Origin: Octopus sinensis | Taxonomy: Eukaryota | Assembly: GCF_006345805.1 (NCBI RefSeq) | Contig: NC_043002.1 | Span: 28,954,001 to 29,018,000 of the forward strand | Reading direction: 5' to 3' | DNA: 64,000 nt | Shown: in pieces, positions 1 through 14,015 of the stretch | How the letters are laid out: each line of letters begins with the position of its first letter | How positions within the stretch are numbered: the first letter of the stretch is position 1 | Made by a program: the position numbers and the translations under genes | The notes under the pieces: model-generated | What the model was told of the DNA's origin: nothing | Databases searched by the model: none | What the model saw: only the letters and a program-made list of their open reading frames with translations

Positions 1-530
1 ATATATATGTTGTATGTATGTATATACTTTTATTGTGTAAAATTACTATGGTATTATTGCTGTGAAGCAAACTGAAATGAAACAAACTGTCTAGCGAATA
101 TTCTAAAATAAACGGAAGAAAGTTAAAAACGAATTCCAGAGTTTGCTCCAAATATACCACACATAAATATCGGATGAATATTTCATAGATGTCTCTATGA
201 ATCCGAACACCCTGCAAGAATTCGTGATAAATTTGATTTTATTATTGTTAATATTGTCTTCCTCTAAAGTCCAGAATGTGGTTGTGAAATATTACGCAAA
301 TTTTTAATTAATAAAGAGATGCAATAAGTCCATTATAATAGTTACTATTTGCAGAACCTCAGCTCTGCTTAAATAAGCCATATCTGATAAACTAATGCCT
401 TAGGAAATCATAGGATGTAGGAAGATCACGTTGTTGCAATAAAACAGATGACTTTCTACGTTTTTGATGCTACTGTTATCTTATGCATTATTGCTATCCA
501 AATTCTTCTGGTATCTATAGTTTACAAGTA

Positions 531-689
531 AAAATTCCGCCGAGGTCGACTTTGCCTTTCATCCTTTCGGGGTTGATTAAATAAGTACCAGTTACGCACT
601 GGGGTCGATATAATCGACTTAATCCGTTTGTCTGTCTTTGTTTGTCCTCTCTGTGTTTAGCCCCTTGTGGGTAGTAAAGAAATAGGTAT
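531..689 (+). mobile_element. 5'-truncated tRNA-derived SINE (family A, central GTCGACTTTGCCTTTCATCCTTTCGGGGTCGA domain)
   Basis: Matches the 3' part of the fuller copy at 14016-14247. Flanked by an 18-bp direct repeat GGTATCTATAGTTTACAA (510-527 and 685-702). The central domain resembles the Meta/MESC SINE domain from memory (not verified). Confidence 0.85.
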
Positions 690-1380
690 CTATAGTTTAC
701 AACTAAACTAATTACTTATTTACATTATTTAGAAATATATTGACGTTTTGTCGACTACTTAAAGTATATGTCGAATTGTACCTTATTATTCTATTTGTTT
801 TTCTATTCGTGACTTACTCCTTATTATATATTCTAAATTTGATACCATCGTTGTAATACTGAGCAGTAAGAATAGAGTATTACTCTTCAAAGGAGGAGGT
901 GTTTATGCACTTAACATTATTATAAAATAAGATTCTTATCTTTCTAAGGATCTTTAGCGGCCTGTTGTGAATTTATATTATATATGTTTGTTTGTGTGTG
1001 TATATATAGTGTATGTGTACGAGCGTGTGTGTGTGCGTATGTGTATGTATGCGTTCGTGTCTTCGTGTCTGTGTTTGCCCTCTATCACCTATGCATAACC
1101 GGTGTGTTTATGTCCTCGACAAAAGCGATCGATGTAATAAGGTGCAGGTTTTAAAAAATAAGTACTAGGGTAAATTCATTCGAATAAAAATCCTTCAAGT
1201 TGGTGCTCCAACACGGCTGCAGTCTAAGGAAAAGATAGAAGATACCCGAATTTGAAAAGTGCTTTGTTATCTGTGTTATTGTGTCTTTGATAACTGTTGC
1301 ACTATATTTTGCAAAAGGGGAGAAAACCGATATGCTTAATGTTGAAAAAAGTGGTGGTATATGACAGATTTTTAAAATTC

Positions 1381-1593
1381 TTTTACTTGTTTGAGCCATA
1401 TTGACTGCAGCTATACTAGAGCACCGCTGCTAGTCGAACAAATCGGCCCAGGACTTATACTTTGTAAGTCTAGTACTTATTCTATCGGTCTTTGTTACCG
1501 CACCGCTAGATTACAGACGTAAACGCACCACCATCGGTTGTAAAGTGATGGTGGAGGGAGAAACACAGACACACAAACATATACAGACATACA

Positions 1594-1636
<43 letters not shown>

Positions 1637-1792
1637 CGACGGGCTTCTTTCAGTTTTCGTCTACCAAATACACTCGCAAGGCTTTGGTCGACCCGACGCT
1701 ATAGTAGAAGACACTTGCGCAATGCAGTGGGACCGAACCCGGAATCATGTGGTTAGGAAGCAAGCTTCTTACCACACACCCACTCCTGCGCC
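1381..1792 (-). mobile_element. tRNA-derived SINE (family B, CORE-like), octopus OK/OR-type
   Basis: Minus strand begins GGCGCAGGAGTGGGTGTGTGGTAAG (A-box-like), followed by a B-box-like GGTTCGGTCC and an internal (TA)n/(CA)n tract. Homologous to copies at 32668-33653 and 36283-36650. Confidence 0.85.
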
Positions 1793-2072
1793 TGTATATT
1801 TATTTTCACAACATATCCCTCTTGTTTTATTGCATACTTACTTCAATCATTAGACTGCGCTATTACTGAGCATTGCCTTGGAGGTTTAGTCGAACAAATT
1901 GACCTCAATAATGTTTGATTTTAGGTGTGAGACTCATTCTTTAGTCTTTAATTCTATAGTCTTTAATCCAATCGCTAGGTCATGGGGAGAAAAAGAACCA
2001 ATATCCATTATTAAGTGAGAAGGGGGCAAACAGAAGCAGAGATACATTCACACGCACAGAAACATGTACGTG

Positions 2073-2106
<34 letters not shown>

Positions 2107-2194
2107 TATATATATATATATATATAATATATATATATTATATATATATATTATATATATATATGTATATATATATATTATATATATATATATA

Positions 2195-2815
2195 CTAGCT
2201 TAAGGTGACCCGCTCTACGCGCGAGTAAGAGTGTGCCATATAAATAAATGTATACAAATTATATATATATATAGATATATACACTATTTATATATGCATA
2301 TTTATATATAGAACACACACACACATATAAATTAACCCAATAAATATCTGATTCATAATATTTGTTCTCATGATTGTGTGGTTGTGTTGGCGATGATAAT
2401 TCTCTCTATGAATGCAGACAGACGTAGAGAGGGAGTGTGAAAGCGCTGTCGAAGGCGCCGGGGCAAGATATAGGACGCTGTGAAACGACGTTATAGAGAG
2501 AAAGTGAAGGGAAGGGTGGTAGACGCTGTGAAATGACGTTATAGAGGAAAGTGAAGGGAAGGGAAGAAAGAGGGAGAAACGGAGGAAGACAGATACATAA
2601 AAGAATGAGAGGAGACTTGCCAAAGTGTGAGTTTTTTGCCCTAGCAACGACACTTTTTAAGATAGGGATTTTAAACCTAACCCACTCTCATCCTCACCTC
2701 ATTTTACATGTCCCTGTAAATTGTGGAGTCAATCCGACGGGATCTAGTGGCCTTTAACCCGTTCCAATGCCAAAACCAGACAAACAAACTTTTTGCATTT
2801 CAGATTTATAGATAT

Positions 2816-2818
<3 letters not shown>
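2195..2818 (-). mobile_element. Non-autonomous Helitron
   Basis: Minus strand starts TC and ends CTAG after a GC-rich subterminal hairpin. It is inserted between A and T in a (TA)n tract with no TSD. A related copy lies at about 35215-35850. Confidence 0.7.
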
Positions 2819-2879
<61 letters not shown>

Positions 2880-2881
<2 letters not shown>

Positions 2882-3270
2882 GCTGGGTCATTCAACAAAT
2901 GCTGTTTATTTCATATTTCTTTTATTTTTCAAAATTAAGATAAATAAAGTTCTTTTTTCATGTAAAATACATTCTTCATATTCTACCATGCTTTTCCATG
3001 TATCTAGTTGACTTGCAAGTCCCCTCTTCGAAAATTCACTTGTCTATGACGAAAAATACTCCTCCTGCACTGTTCTGACCTCGTCTACAGAATTCAAAAG
3101 ACTGAGTAATAAAGTATAATCACATGGGGCAATATGGTGGGTGGGGCATCGTTTTTCATTCAAACTGCTCCAGTCTTTGGAGTGTGGTTAAGTATTATCC
3201 TGATGGAAGAACACCTTTCGTCTTCAAAGCAAAGACGATCGTTTTTCTTCTAGCGCTGGAACTATATCAG
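2880..3270 (-). mobile_element. mariner transposase C-terminal remnant
   Basis: Minus-strand translation gives VFFHQDN, RLEQFE*KTMPHPPYCP (HPPYSP motif) and NSVDEVRTVQEEYFSS..KRGLASQLDTWK, with stops and deletions. Confidence 0.75.
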
Positions 3271-4383
3271 GAAATCTGCAGTGTTCGTTGAGTTTATAGT
3301 TGATAAAGAAAACGGAAGATGGATCTATTTCAAATCTTTATTCCGCACAACGTTCGTTTAGACACATCCTGCATTTGTCCCTTAGGATATTGTGCACCTT
3401 GTTGCGTTGCATCAATCAGTGCAGGCTGAGTCACTTCAGATGCTTGGTGTAGAAAAATATCCCAAAATGCTATGAAAATGACTGTTAAACAAAGGGAAAT
3501 TACTATGTAACTGACCGTTATTAAGACAAAAGAGCTATTAGAATGACCGCTAAATAAGGGGTAAAAACCGAAGGGGAGAAATTAAAAAAATAAAAATGCA
3601 CATAGAAATCGCGTATGCGCGCATGTACATACATACACATGCGCGCACACCACACATCCATGTGCAGGTGCCTATATCCATATGCTCACTCACACTCGCG
3701 TGAAAAACATACATGCACACCCACCCACGCATACGCCTATATGTGCAACCATGCATGTACACATAAACCTATCCACACACGCGCGCACACTCACACACTT
3801 GCACAATAATATTCAAATACACGTCTAAATACGCACATGCTATATATGCATATGTTCACTCATACTCGCGTGAAACACATGCATGTACTCCCACATATAT
3901 ATGCAACCTTACACATGTACATATACATGTACATATATACATACTCGTGTACACGCATACACATACGCACACGTATATATGCCCACGCATGCACAAAAAT
4001 TTTCATATATATTTGTCTATATACACACGTGCAGAAGATAAATGCATGGTGAAATGTAAAATACAGAAAAAATATGTAAAATATATAAAGCAAAAAATAT
4101 ATATAGAAATACATATATAAAAATATGTAAAAGATATGCAAAAAATTTATATAAAATATAGTGAGATAAAATGCTTTTACGTGGACATAATATAAAAACC
4201 AGGTTCTATCTGTGATCTTGGTGGGGGAGGGGGGGAAAAAACGTAGCAAATGTTTAGCCATATGTGGACATGAACCAAAAAGTTCAGTTCTTGAATTTAG
4301 ACATGTAGCGGGGTCTAAGCTGCTTTTCCAGATGAGCCAGTGTATATATACATATCTACTTATAGAGACATAAACACACGCAC

Positions 4384-4448
<65 letters not shown>

Positions 4449-5148
4449 TACGTACTTGTATACATACATACATATACACACAGACATGCATACTAACACA
4501 CGCAAACACACACTAACACACACACACACATATATATATATACATGCATATATGCATGGTTCATATACAAAAATACATCCACACGTAAGTATGTACACAC
4601 ACTCACTCACACACACGCACACACATATGCATACACACACACATAGGCATACACACACATACATACACACGCACACACACATATATACATATATATACGC
4701 ATTAAAACAGCGGATACATAGTAAAAGAACAGAAAATCAAAACAATAAAACAGTAAAGGCTCACAGGGTGATGGTTATTTTTTCCCATTTCCTTCAAATT
4801 TATTGCTATTTCCTTAAGTGCTGTTTAAATGTGTTTGCTATGAATTCAGTGCCATGTTATATTTGGTCCGCAATATAGTGTTTTAGTGGCGCTAGATTCA
4901 GGAATTAAATTCCATGCATGCATGGGAATTGTCAAAAAAATGCAAACTTCAAAACATCACAAAAAGATATCATGCTGCGATTGTTTAAACGTATTCTGTG
5001 TTATGTGTATGCTTAGACACGCACAGGACACATGTACACACTCACACACATGTATATATTCTTTAGCTACGTGCTTGTATAGGCACAGGTGTATATGCAT
5101 ATACATACTTATAAATATGTATATATGTAATGTGCGTGTGTGTGTGTA

Positions 5149-5203
<55 letters not shown>

Positions 5204-5321
5204 GTATATATGTACGTATATATATAATATATATATATCAATACGCATCTATATCTGTCTATCTCTCCATCGATATATACATATATATATGTATATATTA
5301 TATATATATATATATAATATA

Positions 5322-5369
<48 letters not shown>

Positions 5370-5633
5370 GTATGTATATAGATAGATAGATAGATATATG
5401 TATATATATATATATATAAAGAAAGAGATACAGGGGGTGAGATATTCTGAGAGACTTGCGTAAATGCACACATATCTGTGTATATGCATATATATGTGTG
5501 TGAGTGTGTATGTGTGCGTGTATAAATATACGTATATGCATATATATATATACATATATATATATATAAAAATATGTATACATACATATACACACACACA
5601 CACACACATATATATATATGTGTATTTATATAT

Positions 5634-5666
<33 letters not shown>

Positions 5667-6310
5667 CTTAACTCCATATTTACAACTCAGCCTCATTGAT
5701 GGATACATGTGGTTCCCGTTTATAGATCTATGTGTGAATGATGTTAATATTATATTCGTTATCAAGGCGGCTGGCAGAATCTTTATGATGCCGGGCAAAT
5801 TGCTTTGTGCCATGTCCAAATTTACGTACAGAGTTCAAATTTTGCGGAGGTTGACTTTACAATTCCTCCCGAAATCGCTAAATTTGGAAACTAGTATTAT
5901 GTTCGTCATATCAACGTAGCCGTAAATAAATGTGATTATTTCTTACAAACATCAGACACATAAGACACATGTTGGATTTATTAAGCTGTTCAATGTTTTA
6001 CTCAATCGTACTCGAATCGTATTCAATTTTACAGTAAATGGTTGACTATTCTTTTGAAATTTATTTAATTCATGTAACTCTTGGATAGAGTCAAAGCTAA
6101 TGTCAAATTCAGCTGAGCAGTTCATACAGACTGCTTGAAAAATGTTTATCCTCTGTAATTTCTCACTGTATTGAGTACGCTCTATCAATATTTTTGCCTT
6201 TCACAATATACTCCGAATCTGATACACACATTTACAGTGAGCTTATGTTTGTGTGACCGTGTTCACATACATATATATAATATGTAATATATATAATATA
6301 TATATAATAT

Positions 6311-6365
<55 letters not shown>

Positions 6366-6601
6366 TTCATATGTATATACATATACATACATATGAGAGC
6401 TTTTGGTATCCAGGAGACCCAAAAGGCAGGTAAGTCTATGTAACTGCTAAGAAAGGACCGCTGTTAGACTTCCGTTTCAATAATAGTATGGGTGAGGAAT
6501 CTGATACAGGTCGCGTGTGAGTGTGTATATGTAAAAAAAAATGAGAGAACAATCCAAGGCAGTGTGATATTTCTAGGACATTTATAAAGAGAAAGATATA
6601 G

Positions 6602-6645
6602 TCTTACAGCTATTTCAGGGATATTAAAGATATCCCATCATCAGA
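6602..6645 (-). ncRNA. Minimal type I hammerhead ribozyme motif (Penelope pLTR type)
   Basis: Minus strand reads TCT-CTGATGA-T-GGGATAT(CTTTA)ATATCCC-T-GAAA-TAGCT-GTA-AGA: canonical core, 7-bp stem II, minimal stem III and a very short stem I. Confidence 0.7.
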
Positions 6646-6779
6646 TACGAGATGAGAGAGTTTCAATAGAAAGAAGTAGTAGAGTTCATTATATAAGAAG
6701 TTATTTTGGAAAAGGAGAGACACTGAAAATATAAAGGGAGATATGAGAATAAGACTATATATTGGATGTTAAAGTTGCT

Positions 6780-7365
6780 GTTCCATTATCGAAGGAATGT
6801 CCATGTATGTAAATTTCGATGGGAGTACATATTTTGTTATTTCAAATGGATAGTATGCAGATATTAGTTCCATGTGCGTTAATAAATCGTCTTTACAACG
6901 AATTAGGAAAGATCTACACAACTTTTTCTCTAACCTCAACCTATCCATTACTTTTTAAAATTCCCTTAAAACCGCTAATCTTTTAGGCGTTACTTTAACC
7001 TTAGAAACATCCCAATAGTCCCCATATCATAAGCCAAGCATTTAAACATTAATTCCAATCACCACAAATCACCCTTCAATAATATAGTTAAGGGTATTTC
7101 GATTCGTATATCCGGCCTCTTAGCCACTGAAGAAATATTCAGTAACCACGCTCCATATTACAACCAAGCGCTCGCTGCCAGCGGCTTCTTCCAACAAATA
7201 AAATACATCTCTAGACTCAAGCAATATATATCTCAAGTCATATAACCACTACATACTAACCATCATAATCATAACAGACAATACTTGCACTATACTAGAA
7301 CACGAACCAGAATACTAGTACTCTGACTTCCACCACAAATACAGATAGGTTAAATAATAACAACG

Positions 7366-7402
<37 letters not shown>

Positions 7403-7910
7403 TAATAATAATAATAATAATAACAACAACAACATAGACCAATATATCGACACCTCTAACCTCTCCCTAGATAATATTACTTCCGCCATTACTGAGAATA
7501 ATCCCCACAATGCGCTGCTATGTAACTTCTGCCCTAGGAGAATTTGCCCTCCACAAACCCGTTGCAGATGATCTAACGTAATTTTCAAATGCATCGTCCT
7601 CAATACGCTACACAATTCTACAACCATATTTATAGGATCAACTATAAACTCTAAAAGGAGATTAGCTGCACATCTCAATTCTTTTAGATATGAGAAACTC
7701 AGTACATCCACAACCCTCGCCAGTCACATACATCCTCTTAAAATAGGAATATTCCATATAACTTATCATGGTCCATAGTAGATTTACGGCTTCCATACCA
7801 GAATCAACGCTCAGCTTGTAAGTTATGCCTAAAAGAGGCATTCCATATATTAAAACATAATTTTTCACTAATACTAAATAAATATAACGAGGCACTAGAT
7901 ACATGCAATA
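6780..7910 (+). mobile_element. Decayed Penelope-like element (RT C-terminus plus GIY-YIG endonuclease)
   Basis: Translations include EEIFSNHAPYYNQALAASGF (RT thumb) and CNFCPRRICP..SNVIFKCIV..IFIGSTINSKRRLAAHLNSFRYE..STTLASHI..WSIV..PY..CKLCLKE (GIY-YIG), with frameshifts, stops and an (AAT)n linker. Confidence 0.85.
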
Positions 7911-7949
7911 ACCACTTTTTTCATACCTTCAAATTTTACCACAGATCTA

Positions 7950-8548
7950 AATGCAACTAACTAAACCTAAACAGTTGATTGAAAAATAGGTGGGCCGAAC
8001 CACTGGGAATTAAATACGATATCAATGCTTACTTGGCTCCTTACGTACCCATTTTAGCCACACAGCCCACCCAGTAATTTCAGCCAATTTTAATGTATAG
8101 ATGATTTTAGCCTTGTGCATATACTTGTAAATTTGAAACAAACACGAAGGCTGTAAATTGCGGAGAAGAGCGACACAGATAGGTCCATAATTTACAGCTT
8201 TCGTTTTGTTAACAATTTTATAAGTATATACACAAGACTAAAATTATCTATACATAAAAATTGACTGAAAACGATGGGTGGGTTATGTGGTTAAATTAGG
8301 TAGGTTCAGAGCCATGTAAACATTGATGTCATGTTCAATTACTAGTGGCTTATAATATAATATTTGCTCCTTCCAATGCGACTAAACCTAAGCGATTGAC
8401 TGAAAAAAGATGGGCTAAGCCACTAAGAATTGAACACAACATCAATGTTTACATGACTCCGAACGTACCTAATTTAACCACATAACCCACCCATCGCTTT
8501 CAGTCAATTTTAATGTATAGATAATTTTAGTCTTGTGTATATACTTAT
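7950..8548. repeat. Direct-inverted-direct triplication of a 130-175-bp unit
   Basis: 7950-8128 and 8375-8548 are direct copies, and 8221-8351 is their reverse complement. Confidence 0.85.
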
Positions 8549-8609
8549 AGAAATACAAAATGGTTGACGGTTAGTAAGAGAGATATAAATAAGAAAGAAG
8601 AAAACAAAG

Positions 8610-8653
8610 GACCACTGATGCGGTCACAGGAGTGTGACGAAAGAACTCTGGCC
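8610..8653 (+). ncRNA. Minimal type I hammerhead ribozyme motif (A9C core variant)
   Basis: CCA-CTGATGC-G-GTCACA(GGAG)TGTGAC-GAAA-GAAC-TC-TGG: stems I and II pair, and the core differs from CTGATGA by one base. Confidence 0.6.
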
Positions 8654-9003
8654 GAAATAAGATTAAAATTAATGTAAAAAATAGATAACACTTAAGCAAA
8701 ATAACACCAAATATATAGTGCGTGTGTTTTTATTGGCTAAACTGGCATAATGACCATTCCGAAATATAACAATATATATATATGTTATATATAATAAGAG
8801 AACGAAAATAGAAAGCTTCTGACAAAGTGTTAAGTTTAATAGAGCCTTTTGTTCGTGCGTGTGAAATGAAGATGAATCATCAACAATTGATTTAGCTTAC
8901 ATGTGTTTCGAATAACTTTGCACAAACCAAGAGCTTTACATTGCAATATGCATAATTAATATAATTATATAACTCAATCATCCATATATCTACCTATCTG
9001 TCA

Positions 9004-9060
<57 letters not shown>

Positions 9061-9159
9061 GATCTATCTAGGCCAGATTGGAGCAATCGCAAGTATAATC
9101 AGCCGAAATTGCGAATATAATCTGATATATATATATACATATATATATATATATTATAT

Positions 9160-9207
<48 letters not shown>

Positions 9208-9622
9208 CTTACAAAATTTATGTATATTCATCTATATATAAGAAGATTATATATATGTATGTGAGTATATGTGTGTATGTGTGCGCGTGTGTGCGTGCGT
9301 TTGTGCGTTTGAGATACTTATTTTCATTTATTTTCCTACATCTTTTTCCTCCATGCTGGCATTTAACAATAATTGATCTTTCAAGTCCGATGTTGGCAGA
9401 ATACCTTAAAATATTGCGTAATCAGTGAAGATGAGCTGTATATGTTGTTGGTATTATATTTGCTAATCATTCCTGGAAGCATTCACGTCATGGTACACGC
9501 TTCATATGAATGATACAATCACATCACTGTAGATGTGTATATATATATCTATATATATATATATAATATATATATAATATATATAATATATATATATATA
9601 ATATATATAATATATATATATA

Positions 9623-9667
<45 letters not shown>

Positions 9668-9687
9668 ATATATATATAATATATATA

Positions 9688-9718
<31 letters not shown>

Positions 9719-9994
9719 CGTGTGTGTGTGTGTTAAAACAGAACTTATTTAGAAGTATATGCAAAAAAATATATCCTTGTATTCATGCTGAATAAATGTG
9801 CTAGAAATGGCCTGTGTATCGGATATCCTACTGGGAATTAAATTCCTGATAAAACCGATTTTATAAAATAACATACTCTATATAGGTTAATTATTATTAT
9901 CATTATTATTATTATGACTATTTTTATCGTTTTCGTTATTATTATTTTTATTATATTATTATTATTATTATTACCATTATCATTATTATTACTA

Positions 9995-10061
<67 letters not shown>

Positions 10062-10571
10062 CATTATTATTATTATCGTTGTTGTTGTTGTTGTTATTGT
10101 TGTTGTAACTGCTGCTGATGTTATTGTTGTTGATCCTGTTATGGTTCTTATTTCGATTTCCCTTCAAGTCAGCAAGTAGCCATTTTCCTTCCTTTATACA
10201 TTCGTACACGCGTAATAAAACTGGAAGCGCTTGATTGGAACAGACACCATATTTTATCTACACACATATACCCATACTCACACATAGCGAGACACAAATA
10301 TGTGCGCGTGCGCGCACACTCGCTCCCATTTATATAAATGCACAAATTTGCATTCATATAAACGTTAACAGACATACAATGATGCACACACACATACGCA
10401 CAATTACATGCACACACATGTAAGCATTAATCTATAACAAAGTGAAAGTTAAAATTTCACCACATAAATACATATGAATAAAACACAAATACACTCATAT
10501 TAGCTCATATATAGTATATATATATATATATATACAATTCATTGGAATTTACTTGAATCTTAATTGCTTTG

Positions 10572-10644
<73 letters not shown>

Positions 10645-10811
10645 CATATACATACATACATACATACATACATACATACATACACATACATAGACATCCA
10701 CTTTCATATGCATGCAGATATCTACGTTAATGTGTATGGCTGTATAACTGTGTATGTTTGTGTGTTGCGAGATAGATTGATACATACATAGATATTTCTA
10801 TACATAGATAC

Positions 10812-10912
<101 letters not shown>

Positions 10913-11029
10913 TGTATATAAGATATATATTTATATAATTAATCACACACACGCGTACACATACACGCAAATGTATATATATGTGTGTGTATTCACATAC
11001 GCGTCCGCGCGCATACAGACGCATATTTT

Positions 11030-11060
<31 letters not shown>

Positions 11061-11708
11061 TATATATATGAGTAAAAGTCATGACAAGCAAGCTTGGCCA
11101 CCTGATATACAAAAAATATTAAATACATTTAATGCCAAAAATGTACATATGTATACATATAAAAAGTCTGACTTACACAGAATAGAAATGATATGAGGAA
11201 TGAAGTGGTTGAATAAGAGTTTTACGAGTCCACCATAGGATAGCACCAGCCTCCGTCTTCCTTAAAGTATTTTACACTTGAGGTTTTGAGGAAATAAAGT
11301 TTAAAGATGGATTGATTTTGTGAAGAACTAAGTGTATTATAAGGAAGAACCTGGGGGTGTTTAGATAGAGAGTAGTGGGAGGAGAAAATAGATTTCGGTG
11401 TTTGGGTTAGTAATGAGGTTAGTGATAGTATTAGGGATGGAAGGTGCGATGTAGGGGGGAAGGGTAGTTTAGGTAGTATGTGAATATATATATATATATA
11501 TATATATATAGCTGACGTTATAAGAATTTTATAAATTTTCAACAGAACGTGAATAGGAAGAACTATTCTTTCTAGTTGTGCGTGGCGAACTTCGAGTACC
11601 AATGTTTCAGAATACTATTTCATGTTACCTTGATGATTTGTAAAATTCGAATAACCTCAGAATAGCAAGTATAAAGTTTCTACAACGAATATAGATATTC
11701 GAAAGATT

Positions 11709-11771
11709 GCTTTCGTTTAATGGTAGAACGCCTGTTATATATACAGGAGACGTGAGTTCGAGTCGCAAAGC
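11709..11771 (+). pseudogene. tRNA-like relic or SINE head
   Basis: GCTTT...AAAGC ends, D-arm-like GTTTAATGGTAGAAC, stem CCTGT-TATATAT-ACAGG and B box GAGTTCGAGTC. Confidence 0.45.
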
Positions 11772-13977
11772 ACACTTCAACCTTTTCTATCCAAAATGTC
11801 TGTTCAGCCAATATTCGCTTATTTCTATTTGTCTGTACATGATGACCTTTATGAAAGAAATATAAGTATATAAATATTTATATATTTACAGAATAGATTT
11901 ACATAGTTTACTAAATATACAAAATCTAGAAGGGATTTTTTCTGTGGTCTCAGAATTATGTAATAGTTGTAATGTTGGGATTGTGCAGAACAGTGACTGG
12001 GAGTATGGGATAGATAGAGTACTCGTACGATTTGGACCTGAGTGAAAAGTAATTTCACTTGAGAGCACTGGAATGCTTTAATGCCAAGACAAAATACGGA
12101 ATCAAAGGATAGTAGTGTAAATATAATGAAATGATAATATCTTTAGATAGTTTGAAAAATGATATCCAGAAAGTGTTCAGATCCATCACAGCCGTTAAAA
12201 TAGAGCACAGTCGTTAAGATAGAACTACAGATGTCCACGAGCTAGAATTCTGCCGAGTACAAATTTATCTTTTAAACGCTTGTTGACACAAGTGATGTGA
12301 TCGAATATAGGGTGTAATAATGCATCTTAAATATGAATGAAATTAAATTAAAGCAGAAATGTTTATACAGGTCGAGGGATATATTGAAAATGCATTCAAT
12401 TGTTACATGATCAGGCAAAAAGATAGGAATTAGAACAAATAAAACAACAGCTCGTTGACAGTATTACGCAAAAAATAAATAATAATAACTGGTAGAATAT
12501 TAAACCCATTTTGGATATCATGACAGAAGTGAACTAGCTGATAAAGGTGAAGCCATCCAGTTCATTTCACTTTCTGCTTTAGTTACATCAAATTTCATTA
12601 AGGTATTACATAGTAGCTAATAGTACCATAACCTCTACCATTATCATCAAAGACTATCATCACTACACAACAACCAGAAGTACTGCAGCATCATCATTGT
12701 CATCACTCCAAGCATCACTTTCATTAAAGCTACCTTTAACTCTACCAAACTTGTACACCACCACCCCAAGCGCAAACAACTCCTCCCCAAGCGCAATTAC
12801 CGCCACCACAAGAGCAACCAACGAGACTCAGAAGGCAATCGACACCATCCAAAGTACAACCAACACCACCAGAAACTCAATCACTAAATCATACCCACTT
12901 CCTCATTAAGCAACCCTTAAGCACAACCATAGCTGCCACTAATACCAAGATCACTCCATGCGCAAACAACGCCACCATAAGCACAACAACCGCATTTATT
13001 GAAAAAAAACCCACTACCACCGTTACATAAACCATACCTGCAAAAAGAAAAAAAATAGCACTATGAACATCATCCTCACTAAATCTATCACCACCACCAT
13101 CATCAACATTACGACCCCCACAAGCAGCAACAGCAGCAAGACCCATTCCTCAACACCGCCACCACCACCACCACCACCATTGAAATAGAATACCTACATC
13201 ATCACTGTTATCCTCACCACCTCTCTTCAAAAGAAGCACATTCAAATTTCACGGCACCACCACCACCACCACTACCACCACCACCACCACCAATGACGAC
13301 AACAACAACAACAGCAACAACAGAACAACAACAACAGCAACAACAGAACAACAACAACAACAACAACAGCAACAACAACAACAACATAAACAACAACAAC
13401 AGCAACAACACTACCACCACCTCTATGCCATCCCAAAACCGGTAATATTTCAATCCATCGCCCTAAAATGGTTAGCTGGCTTGATGGAATGTCTGTTCCG
13501 CCTATTGATATTTCCCGCCTATTCGAAAGCATCCTAGCAGAAATATATTTACGGTAAGTGCCATCTTGGTATTCTGACCTGAAGAAGGCGTCTGAGTTAA
13601 ACCGGAAGTCTAGAGATGAAACTTTTAAGGGAGAAGAAAAACCGCGCCTCTCCTCCAGTGCCATCAGCAAAAACACTGCTTCACTCAAAGATTCAACATC
13701 CCATATCCATGTTTCTCTTCGATCGTGTTTTATTTATTCACGAGTGCACAAAATAAGGCATACATGTATATATTTACACAAACACACACACACACACACA
13801 CACCACACCGCACACACACACACTCACATACACACACTTTTGTACGTGTGTGCGTAAATATATATGTATGTGCATATATATATGCGTATATATATATGTA
13901 TATATATATGCATACATAAATGTGTGCATATATAGAAATATATGTATGTATATAGACATGTATATGTATGCACACAA

Positions 13978-14013
<36 letters not shown>

Positions 14014-14015
14014 TA

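Noticed and set aside
100-510. Possible RT remnant (FD..V..LLLSK-like)
   Set aside because: The similarity is too weak to call without a profile search.
5952-6188. 78-aa non-repetitive minus-strand ORF
   Set aside because: It is short, with no recognisable motif or exon boundaries.
13572-13660. CTGAAGA-AGGCG...CGCCT possible hammerhead
   Set aside because: No GAAA, stem III or stem I follows the stem.
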